A program made the translations under genes and the position numbers. Under the pieces are notes generated by a model. That model saw only the letters and a program-made list of their open reading frames with translations. It searched no databases and was not told the DNA's origin. From positions 361,460,001 through 361,524,000 of the forward strand of contig OZ024741.1 in NCBI GenBank assembly GCA_964016885.1: a stretch of DNA of 64,000 nucleotides, read 5' to 3'. The number at the start of each line of letters is the position of its first letter. The first letter of the stretch is position 1. The stretch comes from Eledone cirrhosa (lineage: Eukaryota). Of the stretch, positions 50,401 through 64,000 are shown in pieces.

Positions 50401-53400
50401 GTTATGGTGTTAGATTGTTGTTACAGGGTTATATGTTTGTTATGGTGTTAGATTATTGTTACAGGGTTATATGGTTGATATGGTGTTACATGGTTGATAT
50501 GGTGTTAGATGGTTGTTACAGTTTTAGATGGTTGTTATGGTGTTAGATGGTCGTTACAGTGTTAGATGGTTGTTACAGTGTTAGATGGTTGTTATGGTGT
50601 TAGATGGTTGTTACAGTGTTAGATGGTTGTTACAGTGTTAGATGGTTGTTATGGTGTTAGATGGTTGATATGGTGTTACATGGTTGATATGGTGTTAGAT
50701 GGTTGTTACAGTTTTAGATGGTTGTTATGGTGTTAGATGGTCGTTACAGTGTTAGATGGTTGTTACAGTGTTAGATGGTTGTTATGGTGTTAGATGGTTG
50801 TTACAGTGTTAGATGGTTGTTATGGTTTTAGATGGTTGTTATGGTGTTATATAGTTGTCATGGTGTCACATTGTTGTTATGGTGTTACATGGTTGTTATG
50901 GTGTGAGATGGTTGCTATGGTGTTATATGGTTGTTATGGTGTCAGATGGTTGTTATGGTGTTAGATGGTTGTTATGGTTTTAGATGGTTGTTATGGTGTT
51001 AGATGGTTGTTACAGTGTTAGATGGTTGTTATGGTGTTAGATGGTTGTTATGGTGTTAGATGGTTGTTACAGTGCTAGATGGTTGTTATGGTTTTAGATG
51101 GTTGTTATGGTGTTAGATGGTTGTTACAGTGTTAGATGTTTGCGATGGTGTTATATGGTTGATATGGTGTTAGATGGTTGTTAGAGTGTTATATGGTTGT
51201 TATGGTGTTAGATGGTTGTTATGGTGTTAGATGGTTGCTACAGTGTTAGATCGTTGTTATGGTGTTAGATGGTGGTTACTGTGTTACATGATTGTTATGG
51301 TGTTAGATGGTTGTTACAGTGTTAGATGGTTGTTATGGTGTTAGATGGTTGTTATTGTGTTAGATGGTTGTTATTGTGTTAGATGGTTGTTATGGTGTTA
51401 GATGGTTGTTTCAGCGTTAGATGGTTGTTATGGTGTTATATGGTCGTTATGGTGTTAGATGGTTGTTATGGTGTGAGATGGTTGTTATGGTGTTAGATGG
51501 TTGTTATGGTGTTACATGGTTTTTATGGTGTTAGATGGTTGTTACAGAGTTAGATGGTTGTTATGGTGTTAGATGGTTGTTACAGTGTTAGATGGTTGTT
51601 ATGGTGTTAGATGGTTGTTATGGTGTTAGATGGTTGTTACGGTGTTAGATTGTTGCTACAGGGTTATATGGTTGTTATGGTGTTAGATGGTTGTTACAGG
51701 GTTATATGGTTGATATGGTGTTAGATGGTTGTTATGGTGTTAGATGGTTGTTACAGTTTTAGATGGTTGTTCTGGTGTTAGATGGTTGTTACAGTGTTAG
51801 ATGGTTGTTATGGGGTTATATGGTTGTTACAGTGTTAGATGGTTGTTACAGTGTTATATGGTTGTTATGGTGTTAGATGGTTGTTACAGTGTTAGATGGT
51901 TGTTACAGTGTTAGATGGTTGTTATGGTTTTAGATGGTTACCGCGTTAGCTGGTTGTTATGGTGTTAGATCGTTGCTATGGTGTTAGATGGTTGTTACAG
52001 TGTTAGATGGTTGTTATGGTGTTAGATGGTTGTTATGGTGTTAGATGGTTGTTACAGTGTTAGATGGTTGTTATGGTTTTAGATGGTTGTTATGGTGTTA
52101 TATAGTTGTCATGGTATCACATTGTTGTTATGGTGTTACATGGTTGTTATGGTGTGAGATGGTTGCTATGGTGTTATATGGTTGTTATGGTGTCAGATGG
52201 TTGTTATGGTGTTAGATGGTTGTTATGGTTTTAGATGGTTATTATGGTGTTAGATGGTTGTTACAGTGTTAGATGGTTGTTATGGTGTTAGATGGTTGTT
52301 ATGGTCTTAGATGGTTGTTTCAGTGTTAGATGGTTGTCACAGTGCTAGATGGTTGCTAGAGTGTTAGATCGTTGTTATGGTGTTAGATGGTGGTTACTGT
52401 GTTACATGATTCTTATGGTGTTAGATGGTTGTTACAGTGTTAGATGGTTGTTATGGTGTTAGATGGTTGTTATGGTGTTAGATGGTTGTTACAGTTTTAA
52501 ATGGTTGTTATGGTGTTAGATGGTTGTTACAGTGGTAGATGGTTGTTATGGGGTTATATGGTTGTTACAGCGTTAGATCGTTGTTATGGTGTTATATGGT
52601 TGTTACAGTGTTATATGGTTGTTATGGTGTTAGATGGTTGTTCCAGTGTTAGATGGTTGTTATGGTGTTAAATTGTTGTTATGGTGTTAGATGGTTGTTA
52701 TGATGTTAGCTGGTTGTTACAATGTTAGATGGTCGCTATGGTGTTAGATTGTTGTTATGGTGTTAGATGGTTGTTTCAGTGTTAGATGGTTGTTATGGTG
52801 TTATATGGTTGTTATGCTGTTAGATGTTTGTTATGGTGATAGGTGGTTGTTATGGTGTGAGATGGTTGCTATGGTGTTATATGGTTGTTATGGTGTCAGA
52901 TGGTTGTTATGGTTTTAGATGGTTGTTATGGTGTTAGATGGTTGTTACAGTGTTAGATGGTTGTTACAGTGTTAGATGGTTGTTATGGTGTTAGATGGTT
53001 GTTATGGTGTTAGATGGTTGTTATGGTGTTAGATGGTTGTTTCAGTGTTAGATGGTTGTTACAGTGCTAGATGGTTGTTATGGTGTTAGATAGTTGTCAT
53101 GGTGTTAGATGGTTGTTACAGTGTTAGATGTTTGCTATGGTGTTATACGGTTGATATGGTGTTAGATGGTTGTTATAGTGTTAGATGGTTGTTATGGTGT
53201 TAGATGGTTGTTATGGTGTTAGATGGTTGTTTCAGTGTTAGATGGTTGTTATGGTGTTAGATGGTTGTTATGGTGTTATATGGTTGTTACAATGTTAGAT
53301 GGTCGTTATGGTGTTAGATGGTTGTTATGGTGTTAGATGGTTGTTTCAGTGTTAGATGGTTGTCATGGTGTTAGATAGTTGTTACAGTGTTAGATGGTTG

Positions 53401-56400
53401 TTGTGGTGTTAGATGGTTGTTATTGTGTTATATGGTTGTTACAGTGTTAGATGGTTGTTATGGTGTTAGATGGTTGTTACAGTGTTACATGATTGTTACA
53501 GTGTTAGATGGTTGTTACAGGGTTAGATGGTTGTTATGGTGTTAGATGGTTGCTATGGTGTTATATGGTTGTTATGGTGTTACATGGTTGTTATGGTGTT
53601 AGATGGTTGTTTCAGTGTTAGATGGTTGTTTCAGTATTAGATGGTTGTTACAGTGTTAGATGGTTGTTATGGTGTTAGATGGTTGTTATTATGTTATATG
53701 GTTGTTACAGTGTTAGATGGTTGTTATGGTGTTAGATGGTTGTTACAGTGTTACATGATTGTTACAGTGTTAGATGGTTGTTACAGGGTTAGATGGTTGT
53801 TATGGTGTTAGATGGTTGCTATGGTGTTATATGGTTGTTATGGTGTTACATGGTTGTTATGGTGTTAGATGGTTGTTACAGTTTTAGAATATTGTTATGG
53901 TGTTAGATGGTTGTTACGATGTTAGATGGTCGTTATGGTGTTAGATGGTTGTTATGGTGTTAGATGGTTGTTATGGTGTTAGATGGTTGTTATGGTGTTA
54001 TATGGTTGTTATGCTGTTAGATGGTTGTTATGGTGTTAGATGGTTGTTATGGTGTTAGGTGGTTGTTACAGGGTTAGATGGTTGTTATGGTGTTAGATAG
54101 TTGCTATGGAGTTATATGGTTGTTATGGTGTTAGATGGTTGTTACAGTTTTAGATGGTTGTTATCCTGTTAGATGGTTGTTACATTGCTAGATGGTTGTT
54201 ATGGTGTTAGATGGTTGTTATGGTGTTAGATGGTTGTTATCCTGTTAGATGGTCGTTACAGTGTTAGATGGTTGTTATGGTGTTAGATGGTTGTTATGGT
54301 GTTAGATGGTTGTTATCTTGTTAGATGGTCGTTACAGTGTTAGATGGTTGTTATGGTGTTAGATGGTTGTTATGGTGTTAGAATGGTTGTTATGGTTGTC
54401 AGGGTGTTAGATGGTTGTTATGGTGTTAGATGGTTGTTATGGTGTTATATGGTTGTTATGGTGTTATATGGTTGTTACAGTGTTAGATGGTTGTTAGACT
54501 GTTATATGGTTGGTATGGTGTTAGATGGTTGTTATGGTGCTAGATGGTTGTTACAGTGTTAGATGGTTGTTATGGTTTTAGATGGTTGTTATGGTGTTAG
54601 ATGGTTGTTATGGTGTTAGATGGTTGTTATGGTGTTAGATGGTTGTTACAGTGTTAGATGGTTGTTATGGTGTTAGATGGTTGTTATGGTGTTAGATGGT
54701 TGTTATGGTGTTAGATGGTTGTTATGGTGTTAGATGGTTGTTACAGGGTTAGATGGTTGTTATGGTGTTAGATGGCTGTTATGGTGTTAGATGGTTGTTA
54801 TGGTGTTAAATGGTTGCTATGGGGATATATGGTTGTTATGGTGTTAGATGGTTGTTACAGTTTTAGATGGTTGTTATGGTGTTAGAGGGTTGTTACAGTG
54901 CTAGATGGTTGTTACAGTGCTAGATGGTTGTTATGGTTTTAGATGGTTGTTATGGTGTTAGATGGTTGTTATGGGGTTATATGGTTGTTATGGTGTTAGA
55001 TGGTTGTTACAGTGTTAGATTCTTGTTATGGTGTTAGATGGTTGTTACAGTGTTAGATGGTTGTTACAGTGTCAGATGGTTGTTATGGTGTTAGATGGTT
55101 GTTACAGTGTTACATGGTTGTTATGGTGTTAGATGGTTGTTACAGTGTTAGAAGGTTGTTATGGTTTTAGATGGTTGTTACAGTGTTAGATGGTTGTTAT
55201 GGTGTTAGATGGTTGCTATGGTGTTATATGGTTGTTATGGTGTCAGATGGTTGTTATGGTGTTAGATGGTTGTTATGGTTTTAGATGGTTGTTATGGTGT
55301 TAGATGGTTGTTATGGTGTTAGATGGTTGTTTCAGTGTTAGATGGTTGTTATGGTGTTAGATGGTTGTTATGGTGTTATATGGTTGTTATGGTGTTAGAT
55401 GGTTGTTATGGTGTTAGATGGTTGTTTCAGTGTTAGATGGTTGTCATGGTGTTAGATGGATGTTACAGTGTTAGATGGTTGTTACAGTGTTACATGATTG
55501 TTACAGTGTTAGATGGTTGTTACAGGGTTAGATGGTTGTTATGGTGTTAGATGGTTGCTATGGTGTTATATGGTTGTTATGGTGTTAGATGGTTGTTATG
55601 GTGTTAGATGGTTGTTACAGTTTTAGAATATTGTTATGGTGTTAGATGGTTGTTACAGTGTTAGATGGTTGTTATGGTGTTAGATGGTTGTTATGGTGTT
55701 AGATGGTTGTTACAATGTTAGATGGTCGTTATGGTGTTAGATGGTTGTTATGGTGTTAGATGGTTGTTACAGTGTTAGATGGTTGTTATGGTGTTATATG
55801 GTTGTTATGCTGTTAGATGGTTGTTATGGTGTTAGATGGTTTTTATGGTGTTAGATGGTTGTTACAGAGTTAGATGGTTGTTATGGTGTTAGATGGTTGT
55901 TACAGTGTTAGATGGTTGTTACAGTGTTAGATGGTTGTTATGGTGTTAGATGGTTGTTATGGTGTTAGATGGTTGTTATGGTGTTAGGTGGTTGTTACAG
56001 TGTTAGATGGTTATTATGGTGTTAGATGGTTGTTATGGTGTTAGATAGTTGCTATGGAGTTATATGGTTGTTATGGTGTTAGATGGTTGTTACAGTTTTA
56101 GATGGTTGTTATGGTGTTAGATGTTTGTTACAGTGCTAGATGGTTGTCATGGTGTTAGATGGTTGTTATGGGGTTATATGGTTGTTACAGTGTTAGATCG
56201 TTGTTATGGTGTTATATGGTTGTTACAGTGTTATATGGTTGTTATGGTGTTAGATGGTTGTTATGGTGTTAGATGGTTGTTATGGTGTTAGATGGTTGTT
56301 ACAGTGTTAGATGGTTGTTATGGTGTTAGATGGTTGTTATGGTGTTAGATGGTTGTTATGGTGTTAGATGGTTGTTATGGTGTTAGATGGTTGTTACAGG

Positions 56401-59400
56401 GTTAGATGGTTGTTATGGTGTTAGATGGCTGTTATGGTGTTAGATGGTTGTTATGGTGTTAAATGGTTGCTATGGGGATATATGGTTGTTATGGTGTTAG
56501 ATGGTTGTTACAGTTTTAGATGGTTGTTATGGTGTTAGAGGGTTGTTACAGTGCTAGATGGTTGTTACAGTGCTAGATGGTTGTTATGGTTTTAGATGGT
56601 TGTTATGGTGTTAGATGGTTGTTATGGGGTTATATGGTTGTTATGGTGTTAGATGGTTGTTACAGTGTTAGATTCTTGTTATGGTGTTAGATGGTTGTTA
56701 CAGTGTTAGATTGTTGTTACAGTGTCAGATGGTTGTTATGGTGTTAGATGGTTGTTACAATGGTAGATGGTCGTTACAGTGTTACATGGTTGTTATGGTG
56801 TTAGATGGTTGTTACAGTGTTAGAAGGTTGTTATGGTTTTAGATGGTTGTTACAGTGTTAGATGGTTGTTATGGTGTTAGATGGTTGCTATGGTGTTATA
56901 TGGTTGTTATGGTGTCAGATGGTTGTTATGGTGTTAGATGGTTGTTATGGTTTTAGATGGTTGTTATGGTGTTAGATGGTTGTTATGGTGTTAGATGGTT
57001 GTTTCAGTGTTAGATGGTTGTTATGGTGTTATATGGTTGTTACAATGTTAGATGGTCGTTATGGTGTTAGATGGTTGTTATGGTGTCAGATGGTTGTTAT
57101 GGTGTTAGATGGTTGTTATGGTGTTAGATGGTTGTTTCAGTGTTAGATGGTTGTCATGGTGTTAGATGGATGTTACAGTGTTAGATGGTTGTTACAGTGT
57201 TACATGATTGTTACAGTGTTAGATGGTTGTTACAGGGTTAGATGGTTGTTATGGTGTTAGATGGTTGTTATGGTGTTAGATGGTTGTTTCAGTGTTAGAT
57301 GGTTGTTATGGTGTTATATGGTTGTTACAATGTTAGATGGTCGTTATGGTGTTAGATGGTTGTTATGGTGTTATATGGTTGTTATGCTGTTAGATGGTTG
57401 TTATGGTGTTAGGTGTTTGTTACAGAGTTAGATGGTTGTTATGGTGTTAGATGGTTTTTATGGTGTTAGATGGTTGTTACAGAGTTAGATGGTTGTTATG
57501 GTGTTAGATGGTTGTTACAGTGTTAGATGGTTGTTACAGTGTTAGATGGTTGTTATGGTGTTAGATGGTTGTTATGGTGTTAGATGGTTGTTATGGTGTT
57601 AGGTGGTTGTTACAGGGTTAGATGGTTATTATGGTGTTAGATGGTTGTTATGGTGTTAGATAGTTGCTATGGAGTTATATGGTTGTTATGGTGTTAGATG
57701 GTTGTTACAGTTTTAGATGGTTGTTATGGTGTTAGATGGTTGTTACAGTGCTAGATGGTTGTTATGGTGTTAGATGGTTGTTATGGGGTTATATGGTTGT
57801 TACAGTGTTAGATCGTTGTTATGGTGTTATATGGTTGTTACAGTGTTATATGGTTGTTATGGTGTTAGATGGTTGTTACAGTGTTAGATGGTTGTTACAG
57901 TGTTAGATGCTTGTTATGGTGTTAGATGGTTGTTATGGTGTTAGATGGTTGTTACAGTGTTAGATGGTTGTTACAGTGTTAGATGCTTGTTATGGTATTA
58001 GATGGTTGTTACAATGGTAGATGGTTGTTACAGTGTTACATGGTTGTTATGTTGTTAGATGGTTGTTACAGTGTTAGATGGTTTTATGGTTTTAGATGGT
58101 TGTTATGGTGTCACATGGTTGTTATGGTGTTAGATGGTTGCTATGGTGTTATATGGTTGTTATGGTGTCAGATGGTTGTTATGGTGTTAGATGGTTGTTA
58201 TGGTTTTAGATGGTTGTTATGGTGTTAGATGGTTGTTACAGTGTTAGATGTTTGCTATGGTGTTATATGGTTGATATGGTGTTAGATGGTTGTTACAGTG
58301 TTAGATGGTTTTATGGTTTTAGATGGTTGTTATGGTGTCACATGGTTGTTATGGTGTTAGATGTTTGCTATGGTGTTATATGGTTGTTATGGTGTCAGAT
58401 GGTTGTTATGGTGTTAGATGGTTGTTACGGTGTTAGATGGTTGTTATGGTGTTAGATGGTTGTTATGGTGTTAGATGGTTGTTATGGTGTTAGATGGTTG
58501 TTAGTGTTAGATGGTTGTTAGGGTGTTAAATTGTTGTTACAGTGTTAGATGGTTGTTATGGTGTTAGATGGTTGTTACAGTGTTAGATGGTTGTTACAGT
58601 GTTAGATGGTTGTTATGGTGTTACATGATTGTTGTGGTGTTAGATGGTTGTTTCAGTATTAGATGGTTGTTACAGTGTTAGATGGTTGTTATGGTGTTAG
58701 ATGGTTGTTACAGTGTTAGATGGTTGTTATGGTGTTAGATGGTTGTTATGGTGTTAGATGGTTGTTACAGTGTTAGATGGTTGTTATGGTGTTAGATGGT
58801 TGTTACAGTATTAGATGGTTGTTATGTTGTTAGATGGTTGTTATGGTGTTAGATGGTTGTTACAGTGTTAGATGGTTGTTATGGTGTTAGATGGTTGTTA
58901 CAGTGTTAGATGGTTGTTATGGTGTTAGATGGTTGTTACAGTGTTAGATGGTTGTTATGGTTTTAGATGGTCGTTATGCTGTTAGATGGTTGTTATGGTG
59001 TTAGGTGTTTGTTACAGAGTTAGATGGTTGTTATGGTGTTAGATGGTTTTTATGGTGTTAGATGGTTGTTACAGTGTTAGATGGTTGTTATGGTGTTACA
59101 TGATTGTTGTGGTGTTAGATGGTTGTTTCAGTATTAGATGGTTGTTACAGTGTTAGATGGTTGTTATGGTGTTAGATGGTTGTTACAGTGTTAGATGGTT
59201 GTTATGGTGTTAGATGGTTGTTATGGTGTTAGATGGTTGTTACAGTGTTAGATGCTTGTTATGGTATTAGATGGTTGTTACAATGGTAGATGGTTGTTAC
59301 AGTGTTACATGGTTGTTATGTTGTTAGATGGTTGTTACAGTGTTAGATGGTTTTATGGTTTTAGATGGTTGTTATGGTGTCACATGGTTGTTATGGTGTT

Positions 59401-62400
59401 AGATGGTTGCTATGGTGTTATATGGTTGTTATGGTGTCAGATGGTTGTTATGGTGTTAGATGGTTGTTATGGTTTTAGATGGTTGTTATGGTGTTAGATG
59501 GTTGTTACAGTGTTAGATGTTTGCTATGGTGTTATATGGTTGATATGGTGTTAGATGGTTGTTATGGTGTTAGATGGTTGTTACGGTGTTAGATGGTTGT
59601 TATGGTGTTAGATGGTTGTTATGGTGTTAGATGGTTGTTATGGTGTTAGATGGTTGTTACAGTGTTAGATGGTTGTTAGGGTGTTAAATTGTTGTTACAG
59701 TGTTAGATGGTTGTTATGGTGTTAGATGGTTGTTACAGTGTTAGATGGTTGTTATGGTGTTACATGATTGTTGTGGTGTTAGATGGTTGTTTCAGTATTA
59801 GATGGTTGTTACAGTGTTAGATGGTTGTTATGGTGTTAGATGGTTGTTACAGTGTTAGATGGTTGTTATGGTGTTAGATGGTTGTTATGGTGTTAGATGG
59901 TTGTTACAGTGTTAGATGGTTGTTATGGTGTTAGATGGTTGTTACAGTATTAGATGGTTGTTATGTTGTTAGATGGTTGTTATGGTGTTAGATGGTTGTT
60001 ACAGTGTTAGATGGTTGTTATGGTGTTAGATGGTTGTTACAGTGTTAGATGGTTGTTATGGTGTTAGATGGTTGTTATGGTGTTATATGGTTGTTACAGT
60101 GTTAGATGGTTGTTATGGTTTTAGATGGTCGTTATGCTGTTAGATGGTTGTTATGGTGTTAGGTGTTTGTTACAGAGTTAGATGGTTGTTATGGTGTTAG
60201 ATGGTTTTTATGGTGTTAGATGGTTGTTACAGTGTTAGATGGTTGTTATGGTGTTACATGATTGTTGTGGTGTTAGATGGTTGTTATGGTGTTAGATGGT
60301 TGTTATGGTGTTAGATGGTTGTTACAGTGTTAGATGGTTGTTATGGTGTTAGATGGTTGTTACAGTATTAGATGGTTGTTATGTTGTTAGATGGTTGTTA
60401 TGGTGTTAGATGGTTGTTACAGTGTTAGATGGTTGTTATGGTGTTAGATGGTTGTTACAGTGTTAGATGGTTGTTATGGTGTTAGATGGTTGTTATGGTG
60501 TTATATGGTTGTTACAGTGTTAGATGGTTGTTATGGTTTTAGATGGTCGTTATGCTGTTAGATGGTTGTTATGGTGTTAGGTGTTTGTTACAGAGTTAGA
60601 TGGTTGTTATGGTGTTAGATGGTTTTTATGGTGTTAGATGGTTGTTACAGAGTTAGATGGTTGTTATGGTGTTAGATGGTTGTTATGGTGTTAGATGGTT
60701 GTTATGGTGTTATATGGTTGTTATGGTGTTAGATGGTTGTTATGGTGTTAGATGGTTGTTTCAGTGTTAGATGGTTGTCATGGTGTTAGATGGTTGTTAC
60801 AGTGTTAGATGGTTGTTACAGTGTTACATGATTGTTACAGTGTTAGATGGTTGTTACAGGGTTAGATGGTTGTTATGGTGTTAGATGGTTGCTATGGTGT
60901 TATATGGTTGTTATGGTGTTAGATGGTTGTTACAGTTTTAGAATATTGTTATGGTGTTAGATGGTTGTTACAGTGTTAGATGGTTGTTACGGTGTTAGAT
61001 GGTTGTTATAATGTTAGATGGTTGTTATAATGTTAGATGGTTGTTATGGTGTTAGATGGTTGTTACAGTGTTAGATGGTTGTTATGGTGTTATATGGTTG
61101 TTATGCTGTTAGATGGTTGTTATGGTGTTAGGTGTTTGTTATAGAGTTAGATGGTTGTTATGGTGTTAGATGGTTTTTATGGTGTTAGATGGTTTTTACA
61201 GAGTTAGATGGTTGTTATGGTGTTAGATGGTTGTTACAGTGTTAGATGGTTGTTACAGTGTTAGATGGTTGTTATGGTGTTAGATGGTTGTTATGGTGTT
61301 AGATGGTTGTTATGGTGTTAGGTGGTTGTTACAGGGTTAGATGGTTATTATGGTGTTAGATGGTTGTTATGGTGTTAGATAGTTGCTATGGAGTTATATG
61401 GTTGTTATGGTGTTAGATGGTTGTTACAGTTTTAGATGGTTGTTATGGTGTTAGATGGTTGTTACAGTGCTAGATGGTTGTTATGGTGTTAGATGGTTGT
61501 TATGGGGTTATATGGTTGTTACAGTATTAGATCGTTGTTATGGTGTTATATGGTTGTTACAGTGTTATATGGTTGTTATGGTGTTAGATGGTTGTTACAG
61601 TGTTAGATGGTTGTTACAGTGTTAGATGCTTGTTATGGTGTTAGATGGTTGTTATGGTGTTAGATGGTTGTTACAGTGTTAGATGGTTGTTACAGTGTTA
61701 GATGCTTGTTATGGTATTAGATGGTTGTTACAATGGTAGATGGTTGTTACAGTGTTACATGGTTGTTATGTTGTTAGATGGTTGTTACAGTGTTAGATGG
61801 TTTTATGGTTTTAGATGGTTGTTATGGTGTCACATGGTTGTTATGGTGTTAGATGGTTGCTATGGTGTTATATGGTTGTTATGGTGTCAGATGGTTGTTA
61901 TGGTGTTAGATGGTTGTTATGGTTTTAGATGGTTGTTATGGTGTTAGATGGTTGTTACAGTGTTAGATGTTTGCTATGGTGTTATATGGTTGATATGGTG
62001 TTAGCTGGTTGTTATGGTGTTAGATGGTTGTTACGGTGTTAGATGGTTGTTATGGTGTTAGATGGTTGTTACAGTGTTAGATGGTTGTTATGGTGTTAGA
62101 TGGTTGTTATGGTGTTATATGGTTGTTACAGTGTTAGATGGTTGTTATGGTTTTAGATGGTCGTTATGCTGTTAGATGGTTGTTATGGTGTTAGGTGTTT
62201 GTTACAGAGTTAGATGGTTGTTATGGTGTTAGATGGTTTTTATGGTGTTAGATGGTTGTTACAGAGTTAGATGGTTGTTATGGTGTTAGATGGTTGTTAT
62301 GGTGTTAGATGGTTGTTATGGTGTTAGATGGTTGTTATGGTGTTATATGGTTGTTACAATGTTAGATGGTCGTTATGGTGTTAGATGGTTGTTATGGTGT

Positions 62401-64000
62401 CAGATGGTTGTTATGGTGTTAGATGGTTGTTATGGTGTTAGATGGTTGTTTCAGTGTTAGATGGTTGTCATGGTGTTAGATGGTTGTTACAGTGTTAGAT
62501 GGTTGTTACAGTGTTACATGATTGTTACAGTGTTAGATGGTTGTTACAGTGTTAGATGGTTGTTATGGTGTTAGATGGTTGCTATGGTGTTATATGGTTG
62601 TTATGGTGTTAGATGGTTGTTATGGTGTTAGATGGTTGTTACAGTTTTAGAATATTGTTATGGTGTTAGATGGTTGTTACAGTGTTAGATGGTTGTTACG
62701 GTGTTAGATGGTTGTTATAATGTTAGATGGTTGTTATAATGTTAGATGGTTGTTATGGTGTTAGATGGTTGTTACAGTGTTAGATGGTTGTTATGGTGTT
62801 ATATGGTTGTTATGCTGTTAGATGGTTGTTATGGTGTTAGGTGTTTGTTACAGAGTTAGATGGTTGTTATGGTGTTAGATGGTTGTTATGGTGTTAGATG
62901 GTTGTTATGGTGTTAGATGGTTGTTAGGGTGTTAAATTGTTGTTACAGTGTTAGATGGTTGTTATGGTGTTAGATGGTTGTTACAGTGTTAGATGGTTGT
63001 TATGGTGTTACATGATTGTTGTGGTGTTAGATGGTTGTTTCAGTATTAGATGGTTGTTTCAGTATTAGATGGTTGTTACAGTGTTAGATGGTTGTTATGG
63101 TGTTAGATGGTTGTTACAGTGTTAGATGGTTGTTATGGTGTTAGATGGTTGTTATGGTGTTAGATGGTTGTTACAGTGTTAGATGGTTGTTATGGTGTTA
63201 GATGGTTGTTATGGTGTTAGATGGTTGTTATGGTGTTAGATGGTTGTTACAGTATTAGATGGTTGTTATGTTGTTAGATGGTTGTTATGGTGTTAGATGG
63301 TTGTTACAGTGTTAGATGGTTGTTATGGTGTTAGATGGTTGTTACAGTGTTAGATGGTTGTTATGGTGTTAGATGGTTGTTATGGTGTTATATGGTTGTT
63401 ACAGTGTTAGATGGTTGTTATGGTTTTAGATGGTCGTTATGCTGTTAGATGGTTGTTATGGTGTTAGGTGTTTGTTACAGAGTTAGATGGTTGTTATGGT
63501 GTTAGATGGTTTTTATGGTGTTAGATGGTTGTTACAGAGTTAGATGGTTGTTATGGTGTTAGATGGTTGTTTCAGTGTTAGATGGTTGTTATGGTGTTAG
63601 ATGGTTGTTATGGTGTTATATGGTTGTTACAATGTTAGATGGTCGTTATGGTGTTAGATGGTTGTTATGGTGTCAGATGGTTGTTATGGTGTTAGATGGT
63701 TGTTATGGTGTTAGATGGTTGTTTCAGTGTTAGATGGTTGTCATGGTGTTAGATGGTTGTTACAGTGTTAGATGGTTGTTACAGTGTTACATGATTGTTA
63801 CAGTGTTAGATGGTTGTTACAGGGTTAGATGGTTGTTATGGTGTTAGATTGTTGCTATGGTGTTATATGGTTGTTATGGTGTTAGATGGTTGTTATGGTG
63901 TTAGATGGTTGTTACAGTTTTAGAATATTGTTATGGTGTTAGATGGTTGTTACAGTGTTAGATGGTTGTTATGGTGTTAGATGGTTGTTATGGTGTTAGA
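47476..64000. repeat. 19-bp satellite (GATGGTTGTTATGGTGTTA; main variant ..TTACAGTGTTA), ~870 units, with higher-order repeats
   Basis: Period 19 read directly; identical variant blocks at 57983, 59252 and 61702; continues past the window end. Confidence 0.99.

Noticed and set aside
49921-61947. ORFs MVVMVLDGCYGVRWLLWC..
   Set aside because: Translations of the 19-bp satellite where TAG is mutated; not genes.
47476-64000. CRISPR array or telomere
   Set aside because: No unique spacers, eukaryotic context, and the unit is not TTAGGG-type.

Overview
AT-rich, repeat-dense eukaryotic (metazoan) DNA. The SINE/LINE repertoire and (TA)n density suggest a coleoid cephalopod, probably Octopus (inference). 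Only one host-gene exon is recognisable: the first coding exon of CLASRP/SFRS16 (41965/41968-42066, +), which the ORF track misses. Its downstream intron holds piggyBac-type MITEs and a >16.5 kb 19-bp satellite that begins inside an RTE LINE tail. The rest is transposons: a near-intact RTE LINE (APE + RT with a C4HC3 PHD-type finger inside the RT) plus many 5'-truncated copies in (TA)n, a DD37D maT/mariner, a Sola2-like relic, Helitrons, a Penelope-like RT/GIY-YIG relic and tRNA-derived SINEs. The most striking unexplained signal is a set of short non-coding elements next to (TA)n that carry type I hammerhead-ribozyme motifs (about 8 cores, several unrelated sequence families). Four of them form inverted duplications (arms 58-204 bp) centred on or containing the ribozyme, consistent with minimal non-autonomous Penelope-like/retrozyme-type elements. 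All folds and alignments were done by eye.
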